DNA from: Bdellovibrionota bacterium
Lineage (GTDB): Bacteria; Bdellovibrionota_C; UBA2361; JBIKUX01
DNA length: 61,158 bases
Assembly (NCBI GenBank): GCA_044347345.1
Contig: JBIKUX010000016.1
Coordinates: 1-61,158, forward strand
Direction of reading: 5' to 3'
This document shows, piece after piece, positions 60,812 to 61,158 of this stretch. The notes beneath the pieces are model-generated. The model saw only the letters and a program-made list of their open reading frames with translations. It made no database searches and was not told the origin of the DNA. Made by a program: the position numbers and the translations under genes. Each line of letters opens with the position of its first letter. The first letter of the stretch is position 1.

Positions 60812-61158
60812 ATGATTAATAATGAAAATAAATACTTTATTTTAACCACAAAGCTTTATAACACCTTTAGCTCGATCAAATTAAAAGTAATATTTCTCTT
60901 ATTAAATTTTGTGCTACCAATTGTAGTATTTGCTCTGGACAAGGGTGATAAAGCTCCTGAATTTATATTAGTATCTGCTACAGGTGAAAATATATCTTTA
61001 GATTCATTTAGAGGTAATTACATCTATCTTGATTTTTGGGCATCTTGGTGTGTACCGTGTAGAGAATCTCTGCCTTGGATAACTTCTCTCACCAAAGAAA
61101 TCACTAATATTCCATTAAAAGTAATTACTATAAACCTCGACGAAGATTGGGATTCTGC
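60812..61158 (+). CDS. TlpA/ResA-family thiol-disulfide reductase (3'-truncated by the window edge)
   Basis: Not in the ORF track; reads ...GDKAPEF.L....G..ISL..FRG.YIYLDFWASWCVPCRESLP...INLDED. Confidence 0.93.
   Translation, partial: MINNENKYFILTTKLYNTFSSIKLKVIFLLLNFVLPIVVFALDKGDKAPEFILVSATGENISLDSFRGNYIYLDFWASWCVPCRESLPWITSLTKEITNIPLKVITINLDEDWDS

Overview
Bacterial chromosome segment, most likely from a deltaproteobacteria-like lineage (inferred from gene order and from Lon/ClpX/Prs sequence style). It is mostly housekeeping genes: an ispE-tRNA-Gln-prs-rplY-pth-rpsF-rplI operon, etfBA, motAB, tig-clpP-clpX-lon, ispD/pyrD/rimI, rpmI-rplT, ftsEX-envC-ctpA, mlaEFD, a murC-murB-ftsQ-ftsA-ftsZ fragment, tatBC and lpxD. 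There are four intact tRNA genes. One accessory island (~21.7-26.2 kb) starts at an internally deleted tRNA-Lys(CTT). It holds a decayed 1,242-bp IS3-family element with terminal inverted repeats, an intact AbiEi/AbiEii type IV toxin-antitoxin pair with two palindromic operators, a probable truncated nuclease start, and an apparently identical 722-bp copy of the IS interior. I see no CRISPR array and no clearly new multi-gene system. The best leads are: (i) an unannotated ~90-nt structured RNA candidate between tatC and lpxD, (ii) the T-armless mini tRNA-Lys next to the AbiE module, (iii) an FtsZ whose tubulin signature reads GGGTGTF, and (iv) window-wide short tandem duplications, loop insertions in core proteins and genes missing from conserved operons. 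All calls come from reading motifs by eye; no searches were run.
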